Below the pieces are notes generated by a model that searched no databases, was not told the DNA's origin, and worked only from the letters and a program-made list of their open reading frames with translations. Below, one piece after another: positions 1 through 13,000 of a stretch of 64,000 bases of DNA (within the stretch, counting starts at the first letter, position 1; every line of letters begins with the position of its first letter). Source of the DNA: Mobula hypostoma (lineage: Eukaryota); NCBI RefSeq assembly GCF_963921235.1, contig NC_086106.1, positions 23,188,001 through 23,252,000 of the forward strand, read 5' to 3'. Made by a program: the position numbers and the translations under genes.

Positions 1-452
1 CAGGTCACTACTCCTCCAAAGAAGACTCAATAAGGTCGTTCTTTTATTAAATTGCCAAACGATGCCGACTCCTCTCGATCCTTCAGTCCTGTACTTCAAT
101 ATATTCTTCACCCTCCCTTCTACTGATGGAATTGGGTAAATCAATACATCTAGCAAAAATGTCCGGTCCAATAACATGGTATCTTGCAATAAAACACAAT
201 ACTCCGCTTTTAAATGAAAATGCGTCACAAAAACAGACACGCAACAGAAACGGAGACACAGCACGCTCTACCTGGAAATCTACAAACTAAAAAAAAAACA
301 CTGCGTCATCTGGGTCGACCCTTATATATTCTTGGTGCACATGTCATTACGTGACCTCACATCGGCGGGAGAATCACAACAGGTGACCTCCAAAAGACCA
401 TTACATTATTCTCACCAAAAAAAAAAACACAGATCTCCTTGAGCATGTAACA
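1..452 (-). repeat. LTR of old Gmr1-type Gypsy family (family B), 3' LTR of element A, cut by window start
   Basis: Ends ...CTCCTTGAGCATGTAACA at 452. Homologous to 13000-13818 and 15645-16549. Followed by a pyrimidine tract (minus-strand PPT). Confidence 0.85.
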
Positions 453-825
453 CATCCCTCCAAAACAATTGTCTCTTAAAGGACAAAATTTTAACTATTA
501 TCAATTTATACAAAAAAATACAAGGGTATAAAATTTACAAAATACAAAATACTTGCAATATTATCTTTAAGCCCTTTACAAACTAATGTACAGTAGGAGT
601 GTTACAAATTTTAAAATATCACTCCAAAAAAACAAATTTTCATTGTACATTTAACATCTAGACAAACAATCAGCGATCACATTGTCTTTACCCTTAACAT
701 GAGTGATCAAAATACTGTACTCCTGTAACATTAGACTGTTTTATTAAACTGGAGTGTAATTTCCTTAACCCTTTTCCTTAACAGTCACAGTGGCATGGCC
801 AGATTCACTTTCTGCTAAGTTAATA

Positions 826-1332
826 AGCCTCCAACCTAATGGCATGAACACTGACTTCTCTAACTTCCGCTAATGCCCCACCTCCCCCTCGTACCCCATC
901 CGTTATTTATACACACACATTCTTTCTGTCACTCTTCTTTTTCTCCCTCTGTCCCTCTGACTATACCCCTTGACCATCCTCTGGGTTCCTCCACCCCCCC
1001 CCCGGTTTTTCTTTCTCCTGGGCTTCCTGTCCCATGATCCTCTCGTATCCCTTTTGCAAATCACCTGTCCAGCTCTTGGCTCCATCCCTTCCCTTCCTGA
1101 CTTTTCCTATCATTTTGGATCTCCCCCCCCCCCTCCACTTTCAAATCTCTTACTAGCTCTTTCTTCAGTTGGTCTTGACAAAGGGTCCCGGCCTTAAACG
1201 TCTTCCTAGAGATACCTCTTCCTAAAGATGTACCTCTTCCTAGAGATGCTGCCTGACCTGCTGCGTTCACCAGCTACATTGATGAGTGCTGCTTGAATTT
1301 CTAGCATCTGCATAATTCCTCGTGTTTGCGAG
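826..1332 (+). mobile_element. Penelope-like element 3' end / pseudo-LTR
   Basis: Starts in the GIY-YIG tail (..PNGMNTDFSNFR), then a pyrimidine-rich pLTR and a decayed hammerhead (1166-1202). Homologous to 54100-54585. GTTAATA duplicated at 819-825 and 1333-1339. Confidence 0.85.
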
Positions 1333-4197
1333 GTTAATAGTTAAGTTAGCTTTTGAAAGTCACTCACATAATTACTCCACCGCCGTAATATGTGCTCTCC
1401 ACGTATTATTCCCTGTAATCAAATCATCAAATTAGGCATCTGTATCTTTTAATCCGTGAATCACGCTATTAATCATCCTCTGAAAAGTACCTGGTGTATT
1501 CTTTATACCAACTGGAAGAACGTTACATTCATATAAACCAGATGGGGTTACAAATGCTGAAATCTCTCTAACCTCTTTCCGTCAATAGAACACACCAATA
1601 ACCTTTTAACAAATCAATTCTTGTAAGGAATTTGGCCTGTGCAACTTTATCCACGCAATCATAGACTCTAGGGATTGGATATGCATTGGTCTTGGTACAT
1701 CGTACATAACCTAATACTGTTGTCTGGCTTAGGCACCGTAACACACTATGAACTCCAATTCGATTTCGAATGTCTATTAATAATTACATATACTAACATA
1801 TACTTAATTTCTTGTTCCGCACGTTCGCATTTTTCCCTGTTCATTTGATGCTGATGTTGTTTTATGGGTTTTGGATCTCTAACATCTACATCATGCGTAG
1901 CTATGGTGGTTCTTCTCGGGAAGTCTGGAAATAAATCTCTATATTTTAAAATTAACTGTCTCATCTGCTCTCTCTGCGCTGGCTGTAAATGAGTTAATTT
2001 TTCATCAGTATTTTCCAGAATTATTGAATTTTGGTAACCTGGCTGAAATAATGTTGGGTTTCAAATGACTTACAGACAAATCCTGCAGTAAGTTTTCGTC
2101 AAGGTCAGACTAATTATTGATCACAACAGTCATAGCAGCAACCTGTCTCTCATAATACGGTTTTATTATATTTATATGACACAGCTGTGTTGTCTTTCTC
2201 CGATCTGGGGTTTTTACCACATATTCCACATCATTGTAATAGGTAATAGGCTTGTAATAGGTTCGTTTGCACCGGGAAAAGAACCAACACCTTATCTCCG
2301 GTCTTAAATGACCCCATCCTACCATCCTTATCATACCACGTCTTCATCTTCCCTTGACCTAATTTTAAATTTTCGTTGGCCAAGCTACAAGCTTTATACA
2401 ATCTGTCTTTAAATTTCAAAACATAATCTAGCAAATAAGTGTGTAGTTCTTTATTAACCACTGTTCCTTCAACAAAGCCAAAGGTCCTCGAACTCTATGC
2501 CCAAACACAAGTTCAAAAGGACTAAAACCTAATGACTCCTGTACTGCCTCCCTTACTGCAAAAAGTAGTGAATGTTTAACTTCATCTCGGTCCTTTTCAT
2601 TTTACACACAATATGTCCTAATCATAGTTTTTAGTATAGAATGAAATCTCTCCAAGGCTCCTTGTGATTCTTGACGATCGGCTGAGGAAACAAACTGTTT
2701 TGGTCCCAACTTATAACCTAATTACTGCCTTGATCTGACTGTATTTCCTTAGGCAATACAAAATAAGTAAATAATTTAATAAGAGCTTTTGTCATGGTTT
2801 TGGCTCTTATATTCCTAACAGGTACTGCCTCTGGAAACCTAGACGCTGTGCAGATAATAGTTAGTATATACTGATGTCCAGTTTTAGTTTTTTTTTAGCA
2901 AGGAGCGACACAGTCTACAATTAATTTTGAGAACGGCTCACCAAATACAGGAATTGGTTGAACTGGGGCCACTGGAGTAAGTTGATTCGGTTTACCAACA
3001 ATTTGACACGTATGACATGTTCTACAAAATGTCACCACATCTTGTCTTAAACTAGGCCAATGAAAATGTTTAGAAACTTTGTTCATAGTTTCTTTCACCT
3101 AAATGACCACCCAAAGGAACACCATAAGCCATAGTTGAAATCTAATTTCGGTAAATTTTAGGAACTACTACCTGATGATTAACTTCCCATTCCGCATTAG
3201 CAGAATTTGTAGGTGATCTACAGTTTCACATTGATAACCCCTTTTCAAAATAATATCCAACTGGTACTTTTTCAATTTCACTATCTGGAAGAGCTTGTTA
3301 TTTTAATTTAACTATCTCAGGATCTCTACCCTGCTCTGCTATCATCTCCTTTCGAGATAAAGACAAATCTTCCTGATCAGACATGCCAACAAAATCCTGA
3401 TCAAATAAGGTAGGTAAGAAAGTTTCTGATACATCCTCAAAATTCGAATCCTGATTTGAACTGTCATGGGTAACAACCTCATTCGTTAAATCAGTCTTTT
3501 TAGCCTTAGCTGTTGTTACAACACAGGGAGAATCTGTGTTAGAATTCCTCTGTGGTTCCTCAGAATTTGAATTTATTGACAATGCACTTCAGGAAAAACT
3601 AGTCGGCCTGCTAAAATCATTTCCTGACAAAAAGGAAACATCATTCACAGGTAAACTGTATTTTAGTCCTACTTTAACAACCCCTGTAACTAATCCTGAC
3701 CTTAACTTTACTCTATGTACTGGCATTAGGGTACCCCCTACTCCTCTTATATAATTTACCTTCAATGTCAGACTCACCAGTGATTGCGAAGCTCCAGTAT
3801 CTCTAAGTATTCTTATTGGTACTAAATTGAATCCTTCTTTCAAGGATACAAATGGTTCTGTTATAAAAGTTTCATTTCCCTTCTTAACTAGGTCAGACTC
3901 TGACCCATCTGCATTAATATTTTCTCAACCATGTAGCTTTACATGTTTTTCAATAGGTTGCACACAAGCATCTAGGACAACTTCTTTTTCTTTTCTTTTC
4001 AATCGGAAACAATTAAGTACTACACATCCAGGTTTCTTACAATAATTACAGATAATACCAAAATGTCTTTCCTTCACAGGTTTCCCTTCATCCTTCCTTT
4101 TTCCTCTAACTTCAGATTTACTTCATGCTTCACGTTGACTCTCTGTGCTATTTTTCCTTTTAAAAAAAATACCTGGAGAAAATTTATTCTTTTGAAG

Positions 4198-5044
4198 TGT
4201 TACGTACCCCGTAACTGGGTTGCCAAACCAGCAGAAATGGATCACTCAGTTGGAGTGTGGAGTACTAGAACTAAGAAAGTTTTATTAAAGAAACGAGCAA
4301 CACAGTAATCGAAAGGATAATAAATGCAACAGTTCAGCGATGATAAACGCACATGTGCACAGAATTAAGATAACAGCATTAATCAAGCTCTATCGTTGTC
4401 TAGGGGTAAATGACCAAATTTCAAAATGACTCAAAGTTCAGTCCAGTTCAGTTCGCAGTAATCGTTGCCATGGCGATGGACAACGTGGGGGAAGAGAGAG
4501 ATAGAATAGGAACAACTGATCATTCAGCACAGCTTCACTCATAGACCAGCGAGATGGCTCACAAACAGCTTTTGGACGGGTCCTTGGTGATGTCACCTGA
4601 GGTCACATACTGTGACCCCTCCTCCAGATGCGGTCGATCCTCTGCAGCGAACCCGGCACCCAGGCAAGGGCGGACACACACCGGGTTCCCGCTGATCGTA
4701 CCTTTCCACCCTTGTCGTTGTCTGGTACTTCTCACCCACTCGTGAGAGGCGCACCGCTTCCAGGGTCTCGTTACCTCGGGTGGCGTGTGTCCCTGTCTTA
4801 GCGAACCTGTCCCTTTTTATCCCCCTGCTGGGGTATCGCCTGTCCAATACTTCAAACAGTTCAGGGTTCAAAAGGGGGGAGCCGCTCCAGACAGCTCTCT
4901 CTCCCACATCCCTTCATTACACATCTCCAGACGCTGCTCCATTGTTCCTTATCTCTCCTTCCCCTGAGGGCAGGTGGTAGACCAACTGCTGATGCCACTG
5001 ATGCTTGCCCAGGCCATCTTAATTTTATGTGTATTCTCGTAACA
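4198..5044 (-). repeat. 3' LTR of copy 1 (847 bp)
   Basis: TG..CA termini. Minus-strand PPT AAGGGGGGAAG at 5045-5055 abuts it. Confidence 0.97.
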
Positions 5045-5216
5045 CTTCCCCCCTTAAAGGATTTTTACCGGGAGGTAAAAATTACAAACATGACTACATT
5101 ATCTGATACATACACAATATACATCTTTAACAGTTATTTAGCCAATACAGAGAATTTGAAGCTGTCAACACCTTGACAGACAGTCATCACATTTTCTGTT
5201 CCTTTTACACGTGTTA

Positions 5217-8060
5217 TTAATAATCCCTTAGACCAGGCTCCAACTCAGCAAACTTCATAGTGGCCAAAAACACTGATGAATTGCGACCAATGTAAACTCT
5301 CATTTGGTTTTGTCCCGGACCACAACAACAAAGGTCGTCCCATTCCGACTCAATTTTCTCTCGCAATGGCTTAGTAGGAGGGGGACGGGTATTGACCGCA
5401 GAGTTATTGCAAAACTTCCTGCAGTACCCCACCATCTCCAAAAGCCTTCTGAGGGCCCTCTTGTCTGTCGGGGTTGGGAGGTCAGCGATAGCCTGCACTG
5501 TAGTTTGCATCACTGCCAGCTGCCCCTGTGTCACCACAATTCCCAGGTACTTGACCCTCGTGTGGCCGAATTCATTTTTTTCAAGGTTCACTATCAAGCT
5601 GGCTTCAGACAGCCGTATTAAATTGCCAATACACACCTCTGTGGTCATCAGCCCTTTAGTCACTGAATTACTCAATATATATGAGTGTTCTTTACTGGGC
5701 TGCCCTATTGTAACAGACATAACCCAACGACCCAGTTCTTTGCATTTCCTCGGGACAATCAAACACATAGGTGCGAGTCGTTTAATTACTCTTTCTAAAG
5801 ATTCGCTTTGTTCGGGGATTAAGGGAGAGACCTTATCAGTAGACCTGGCCAAAACAATAGCCTTCTCCCATCTGACCGATCCCATCCTAATCTTTTCAAA
5901 ATGGTTCTTTTCTCTTATCAGGGGGCCCCTAGCTTCATTGATTTCCGCGCTAACACCGACTAGGTTTGTTAGCATATCAAAAGCCGGTGACCGTCTCAGT
6001 TCGCGTCGGTCATGATCAATAACATTTTTCCCCCTGGGCAGCCGGTAAATCTCTTTCATGATTCCACCATCTGTTTCCTCCAGCACGGCAAGATGTCCAC
6101 CGGGGGGTACCTAGTGGGTCATGTTAAAAACCTTATCCCCAGAACTCTTTTGCACCACCCCCCATTCCTCATCTGCGGGTACTGTACTTGATTTCCCTTT
6201 CTTCCTTAGCACCTCCTCATCCGCACAATAGCTTGTCAAGGCTGTGTCAGAGAGAGCGGTCTCTGCCAAAACCATCAGCCCCTCGTCTCGCTCCTGCGTC
6301 TGCACAAATTCTTTCCTGGCAACTGCTACGTCTGTCCCAGCTCCCTCACTACCTCTTATCTCACTACACCCTGTCTCATACAAGGTTGGCAGAAATGTTT
6401 CAGCCAAATTCACCATCGGGGGCCCACGATGAACCTGTGAGTCCATGGGCCGGGCCTCAATGCTGGCAGGCTGACCCGTCAATCTCACGACTGGGAACAC
6501 AATTCCTCCGGCGATGTCATTACCGAGCAAGACTTCCACGTCTTTCATCGATAATTCGGACCTCACCCCGATCGTGACTAGTCCAGAGACCAGGTTGCTC
6601 TGTAAGTGTATCTGGTGCACAGGGACTGACTCTGTCCCTTCCCCAACACCTTTGACCTCTACCTCCCCAGTCTGGGTCTCTGAGCTAAACTCTAATACAC
6701 TCTTCAGTATTAGTGACTGACACGCTCCCGTGTCTCTCCAGATCCGCACTGGAACTGGTTTTAACCCCTCCTTCACTGACACCAGTCCGGCCGAGATAAA
6801 CCTCTCGCGCCCTTCCTGGACTTTTTCAGACCTGTCCTTCCCTAGCGGTTCGCTTAACAGCTCGATACAGCCATTCCAAATTTCCGCTTTTCCTTTCCCC
6901 GTCTCCTTCCTTGGGGCAAAGCACCTGGACGCAAAGTGTCCGACTTTCCCACAATTATAACAGACGACCCGAGGAGACTTCCTACCAGACTGCTCCCGGT
7001 CTGCCTTATCCTTTTCACTAGTCCCCGGCTTACTTTCTGACTTTTCCGGCGGACTCTCCCCTCCGTCCTGACTACCCTTCTGGTAGCCTTTACTCGGGGC
7101 AAACTTCATTTTATGCGTCAACGCATACTCATCCGCTAACTTAGCAGTTGCGGCTAACGTGGCTGCCTCTTTCTCATCGAGGTAGGGTCTCATACCCTCA
7201 GGGACACAACCTTCAAACTGCTCAATCAGAATCAGCTGCAGCAGTCTGTCATAATCCCCCTCTACCCCTTTCGAGGCGCACCAACGCTCACAATATGTTT
7301 GCATCTCACGAGCAAACTCCAAATACGTGCGGTCCCACCGCTTCCTCGCATTCCGGAACCTCTGCCGGTATGCCTCCGGGACCAACTCATAAATCCTGAG
7401 GATGGCTTCTTTCACCACTTCATACCTCTGGGCATCTTCCGCGGATAAAGCTGAGTAAGCTTCTTGGGCGCTCCCTTTCAGTACACTCTGAAGTAAAACA
7501 ACCCACTTATCCCTCGGCCAGTCCTGACTTATAGCCACTTTTTCGAAGTGGCGGAAGTACCGATCCACATCGGTATCGTCAAATGGGGGAACCAGCCTAA
7601 CCTCCTGGGTCGCCCGGAACCCTCCACCTTGGTTCGGCACGAGCCTCTGCTCGGCCCTTCTCTTTAACTTCTCCAGCTCAAATACCCTTTCCCTCTGTTT
7701 CTCCTCTCTCTCCAACTGTCTGTCCCTCTCTTTCTCTTCTCTCTTCAACTGTCTGTCCCTCTTTTTCTCTTCGTGTTCTAACTGCCGTACCCGGTACTCG
7801 TGCTCGAGTCTCAGTTTTTCAAGCTGTACCTGTACCGCGTCTCCAGCAGGTTTTTCAATAGACACCTCCCCCAGCTCACCTTGGGGAAACACTCCTTTAG
7901 ATACATAGTGCTCTACAATAGCTCTGTGTATCTCCTCTCTCTTCATTGTCGAATTCACCTTGGCAAGATTCACCCGTTTGGCCACAGCTATCAATTCCGA
8001 TTTCCTGGCATCCTCTAATGCCTCCAAGGTCGGCGCCTTTATAAATTCCTCAACTTCCAT
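5217..8060 (-). pseudogene. Gag(CCHC)-protease-vestigial pol ORF, 947 codons, one internal TAG at 6111-6113
   Basis: CYNCGKVGHFASRC zinc knuckle and RDTG protease motif. INT zinc-finger remnant (H*VPPGGH). RT remnant in which YxDD reads CIGN (5622-5633). ORF-track pieces 6111..8060 and 5217..6086 share one frame. Confidence 0.92.
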
Positions 8061-8136
8061 TTCTGCTGTTTGTCTTTTCTTTCTTTCGGGAATTTTGACC
8101 CAATCAATTTACTCCGTCCCAAATTTAGCGTTCAAA

Positions 8137-8155
8137 ATCCCGGACGAGAACCCCA
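8137..8155 (-). promoter_or_regulatory. Primer-binding site, tRNA-Pro-like (imperfect)
   Basis: Minus strand TGGGGTTCTCGTCCGGGAT, 4 nt from the LTR, versus the tRNA-Pro PBS TGGGGGCTCGTCCGGGAT. Confidence 0.85.
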
Positions 8156-8159
8156 CTTA

Positions 8160-9014
8160 TGTTACGTACCCCGTAACTGGGTTGCCAAACCAGCAGAAAT
8201 GGATCACTCAGTTGGAGTCTGGAGTACTAGAACTAAGGAAGTTTTATTAAAGAAACGAGCAACACAGTAATCGAAAGGATAATAAATGCAACAGTTCAGC
8301 GATGATAAACGCACATGTGCACAGAATTAAGATAACAGCATTAATCAAGCTCTATCGTTGTCTAGGGGTAAATGACCAAATTTCAAAATGACTCAAAGTT
8401 CAGTCCAGTTCAGTTCGCAGTAATCGTTGCCATGGCGATGGACAACGTGGGGGAAGAGAGAGATAGAATAGGAACAACTGATCATTCAGAACACTGCTTC
8501 ACTCACAGACCAGCGAGATGGCTCACAAACAGCTTTTGGGCGGGTCCTTGGTGATGTCACCTGAGGTCACCGACTGTGACCCCTCCTCCAGATGCGGTCG
8601 ATCCTCTGCAGCGAACCCGGCACCCAGGCAAGGGCGGACACACACCGGGTTCCCGCTGATCGTTCCTTTCCACCCTTGTCGTTGTCTGGTACTTCTCACC
8701 CACTCGTGAGAGGCGCACCGCTTCCAGGGTCTCGTTACCTCGGGTGGCGTGTGTCCCTGTCTTAGCGAACCTGTCCCTTTTTATCCCCCTGCTGGGGTAT
8801 CGCCTGTCCATCACTTCAAACAGTTCAGGGTTCAAAGGGGGGAGCCGCTCCAGACAGCTCTCTCTCCCACATCCCTTCATTACACATCTCCAGACGCTGC
8901 TCCATTGTTCCTTATCTCTCCTTCCCCTGAGGGCAGGTGGCAGACCAACTGCTGATGCCACTGATGCTAGCCCAGGCCAGCAAACATCTTAATTTTATGT
9001 GTATTCTCGTAACA
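8160..9014 (-). repeat. 5' LTR of copy 1 (855 bp)
   Basis: TG..CA termini, adjacent PBS, AATAAA near the sense 3' end. Confidence 0.97.
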
Positions 9015-10050
9015 GAAGTAAAACATACTCATCAGCAAATTTAGCAATCTCCTGCAATTTAGCAGTGTCCCGTTCATTTAAGTATGTTCTCACTTTAACA
9101 GGAATGCTTCTTTTAAACTCCTCCTGCAAAATCATCTCTTTTTATTCAATATACTCCCCAGTCACGTCTTCAGAGGAAACACATCTCTCAAAGCACACAG
9201 ATTTCACATAGCTAAATTCCACATAAGTTTCTTTTCTTCCACCGATTTCTTCAAACTTCTGAATCTTTCTCTATACGCTTCCGGAACCATGTCATATGCC
9301 TTTAATAAGTGCTACTTAACGATATCATAATCCAGTGCTTTCTCAGTATTCGAAGTTGTATAAACTTGTTGTGCCTTGCATTTATTTACACTTTGTAACA
9401 TCACTGGCCATTGTTCGTTCGGCCATTTTAAAGGCAGAGCAGAGCTTCGAAATGTTGGAAATACTTGTCCACATCAGCTTCACTAAACGGAGGAGCCAAA
9501 ATAACTTCACGACCAGCAATAAACTGTTTGGTACAACCAGAAGACTGACTCCCGGAGTTTATTTTCTGCATCTCTATCTCGAATTTCCTCTGGTTTTCAG
9601 CTTCATTTTCTTTAAATTCCCTTAATTTAATACCCTCCATAGCCTCGAATTCCTTCTGTTTATTTACAGCTTCTAACCGACTCTTTTCCAAATCAGCTTC
9701 TAATTGCTTAAACTTTATTTGTTCAAGTTGTTACTGCATATCCAGATTACACATTCGAAGTTTATCTAACACCTCCTCGTCAAATAATTCCAAATTAATA
9801 TAATGTTCAGCATTTTTTCTTTGTAAGAAAGCCTTGGCGGAATTTCTCGTAATTCCTTTAATATCCAACTCCCTTAATCTCCAATACCTCAGGATTTCTC
9901 GCAATCTCTAAAGATCCCAAGTCAGTCGTCTCCATAAACCCGTCAATATCCATTGTTGCGGAATACAACACACGCACCTATCCCTTTTCCAAATATAAAT
10001 GGCAATTACCAGCACTTAAACTCAAAATCGGGACATCACCCGCGACGTAA

Positions 10051-13000
10051 TGTGACGTAACCGGCAACAATGAATATCAATCGAGACAGGTTATATGGAA
10101 CAACCAAACATTTTGAAACATAGAAAATAGGTGCAGGAGAAGGCCATTCGGCCCTTCGAGCCTGCACCGCAATTTATTATGATCATGGCTGATCATCCAA
10201 CTCAGAACCCCGCCCCAGCCTTCCCTGCATACCCCCTGACCCCCGTAGACACAATGGCCATATCTAACTCCCTCTTAAATATAGCCAATGAACTGGCCTC
10301 AACTGTTTCCTGTGGCAGCGAATTCCACACATTCACCGCTCTCTGTGTGAAGAAGTTTTTACTAATCTCGGTCCTAAAAGGCTTCCCCTCTATCCTCAAA
10401 CTGTGGACCCTCGTTCTGGACTTCCCCAACATCGGGAACAATCGTCCTGCATCGAGCCTGTCCAATCCCTTTCGGATCTTATACGTTTCAATCAGATCCC
10501 CCCTCAATCTTCTAAATTCCAACGAGTACAAGCCCAGTTCATTCAGTCTTTCTTCAAATGAAAGTCCTGCCATCCCAGGAATCAATCTGGTGAACCTTCT
10601 TTGTACTCCCTCTATGGCAAGGATGTCTTTCCTCAGATTAGGGGACCAAAACTGCACACAATACAATACTCCAGGTGTGGTCTCACCAAGGCCTTGTACA
10701 ACTGCAGTAGTACCTCCCTGCTCCTGTACTCGAATCCGCTCGCTATAAATGCCAGTATACCATTCGCCTTTATCACCGCCTGCTGTACCTGCATGCCCAC
10801 TTTCAATGACTGGTGTATAAGGACACCCAGGTCTCGTTGCACCTCCCCTTTTCCTAATCGGCCACCATTCAGATAATAATCTGTTTTCCTATTTTTGCCA
10901 CCAAAGTGGATAACTTTATATTTATCCACATTAAATTGCATCTGCCATGAATTTGCCCACTCAACCAACCTATCCAAGTCACCCTGCATCCTCTTAGTAT
11001 CCTCCTCACAGCTAACACTGCCACCCAGCTTCGTGTCATCCGCAAACTTGGAGATGCTGCATTTAATTCCCTCATCCAAGTCATTAATATATATTGTAAA
11101 CAACTGGGGTCCCAGCACTGAGCCTTGCGGTACCCCATTAGTCACCGCCTGCCATTCTGAAAAGGTTCCGTTTATTCCAACTCTTTGCTTCCTGTCTGCT
11201 AACCAATTCTCCACCCACACCAATACCTTACCCCCAATACCGTGTGCTTTTATTTTGCACACTAATCTCCTGTGTGGGACCTTGTCAAAAGCCTTTTGAA
11301 AATCCAAATATACCACATCCACTGGTTTTCCCCTATCCACTCTACTAGTTACATCCTCAAAACATTCTATGAGATTCGTCAGACATTATTTTCCTTTCAC
11401 AAATCCATGCTGACTTTGTCCGATGATTTCACCGCTTTCCAAATGTGCTGTTATCACATCCTTGATAACTGACTCCAGCAGTTTCCCCACCACCGACGTT
11501 AGGCTAACCGGTCTATAATTCCCCGGTTTCTCTCTCCCTCCTTTTTTAAAAAGTGGAGTTACATTAGCCACCCTCCAATCCTCAGGAACTAGTCCAGAAT
11601 CTAACGAGTTTTGAAAAATTATCACTGATGCATCCGCTATTTCTTGGGCTACTTCCTTAAGCACTCTAGGATGCAGACCATCTGGTCCTGGGGATTTATC
11701 TGCCTTCAATCCCTTCAATTTACCTAACACCACTTCCCTGCTAACATGTATTTCGCTGAGTTCCTCCATCTCACTGGACCCTCTGTCCCCTACTATTTCT
11801 GGAAGATTATTTATGCCCACCTCAGTGAAGGCAGAACCAAAGTAATTATCCAATTGGTCTGCTATGTCCTTGCTCCCCATAATCATTCACCTGTTTCTGT
11901 CTGCAGGGGACCTACATTTGTCTTTACCAGTCTTTTCCTTTATACATATCTATAAAAGCTTTTAAAGTCCGTTTTTATGTTCCCTGCCAGTTTTCTCTCA
12001 TAATCTTTTTTCCCCTTCCTAATTAAGCCCTTTGTCCTCCTCTGCTGAACTCTGCATTTCTCCCAGTCCCCAGGTGAGCCACTTTCTAATGCTAATTTGT
12101 ATGCTACTTCTTTGGAATTGATACTATCCCTAATTTCTCTTGTCAGCCACGGGTGCACTACCTTCCTTGATTTATTCTTTTGCCAAACTGGGATGAACAA
12201 TTGTTGTAGTTCATCGACGCAACCTTTAAATGCTTGCCATTGCATATCCACCGTCAATACTTTAAGTGTCATTTGCCAGTCTATCTTAGCTAATTCACGT
12301 CTCATACCTTCAAGGTTACCCCTCTTTAAGTTCAGAACCTTTGTTTCTGAATTAACTATGTCACTCTCCATCTTAATGAAGAATTCCACCATATTATGGT
12401 CACTCTTACCCAAGGGGCCTCTCACGACTAGATCACTAATTAACCCTTCCTCATTGCTCAAAACCCAGTCCAGAATAGCCTGCTCGCTAGTTGGTTCCTC
12501 GACATGTTGGTTCAAAAAAACATCCCGCATACATTCCAAGAAATCCTCTTCCTCAGCACCTTTACCAATTTGGTTCACCCAGTCTACATGTAGATTGAAG
12601 TCCCCCATTATAACTGCTGTTCCTTTATTGCACACATTTCTAATTTCCTGTTTAATACCATCTCCGACCTCACTACTACTGTTAGGTGGCCTGTACACAG
12701 CTCCCACCAGCGTCTTCTGCCCCTTAGTGTTACGCAGCTCTACCCATATCGATTCCACATCTTCCCGGCTTATGTCCTTCCTTTCTATTGCGTGAATCTC
12801 TTCTTTAACCAGCAACGCCACCCCACCTCCCCTTCCTTCTTGTCTATCCCTACTGAATATTGAATATCCCTCAACGTTGAGCTCCCATCCCTGGTCACCC
12901 TGGAGCCATGTCTCTGTGATCCCAACTATATCATAATCATTAAAAACAATCTGCACTTTCAATTCATCCACCTTATTACGTTTATTGAATAACGATAAAC

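Larger units (their letters stand above)
4198..9014 (-). mobile_element. Complete non-autonomous Gmr1-derived LTR retrotransposon, copy 1 (LTR family A)
   Basis: LTRs 4198-5044 and 8160-9014 with TGTTACG...CGTAACA termini. 4-bp TSD GAAG (4194-4197 / 9015-9018). PBS 8137-8155 and PPT 5045-5055. Inserted in the gag of element A. Confidence 0.97.
453..10050 (-). mobile_element. Degenerate Gmr1-like Ty3/Gypsy internal region (element A), order gag-PR-INT-RT-RH, interrupted by a Penelope fragment and a younger LTR element
   Basis: gag MDIDGF.. from ~9950 to 9019, resuming at 4197. Protease ILRDTGASQSL (3589-3843). Integrase HFHWPSLRQDVVTFCRTCHTC..PFSKLIVDC (2895-3098) and C-terminus (2231-2461). 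RT start at 1746-1964 and RT core ~1340-1740. Only the RNase H tail remains (~660-770). Many stops and frameshifts. Confidence 0.9.

Noticed and set aside
5392-6015. Long plus-strand ORFs opposite TE genes (also 12097-12795, 10131-10748, 60642-61088)
   Set aside because: Antisense shadows of real TE reading frames.
8557-8961. 134-aa ORF inside family-A LTRs (also 59678-60082)
   Set aside because: It recurs only because the LTRs are near-identical, it is disrupted in the 4198 and 48734 copies, and it has no recognisable motif.
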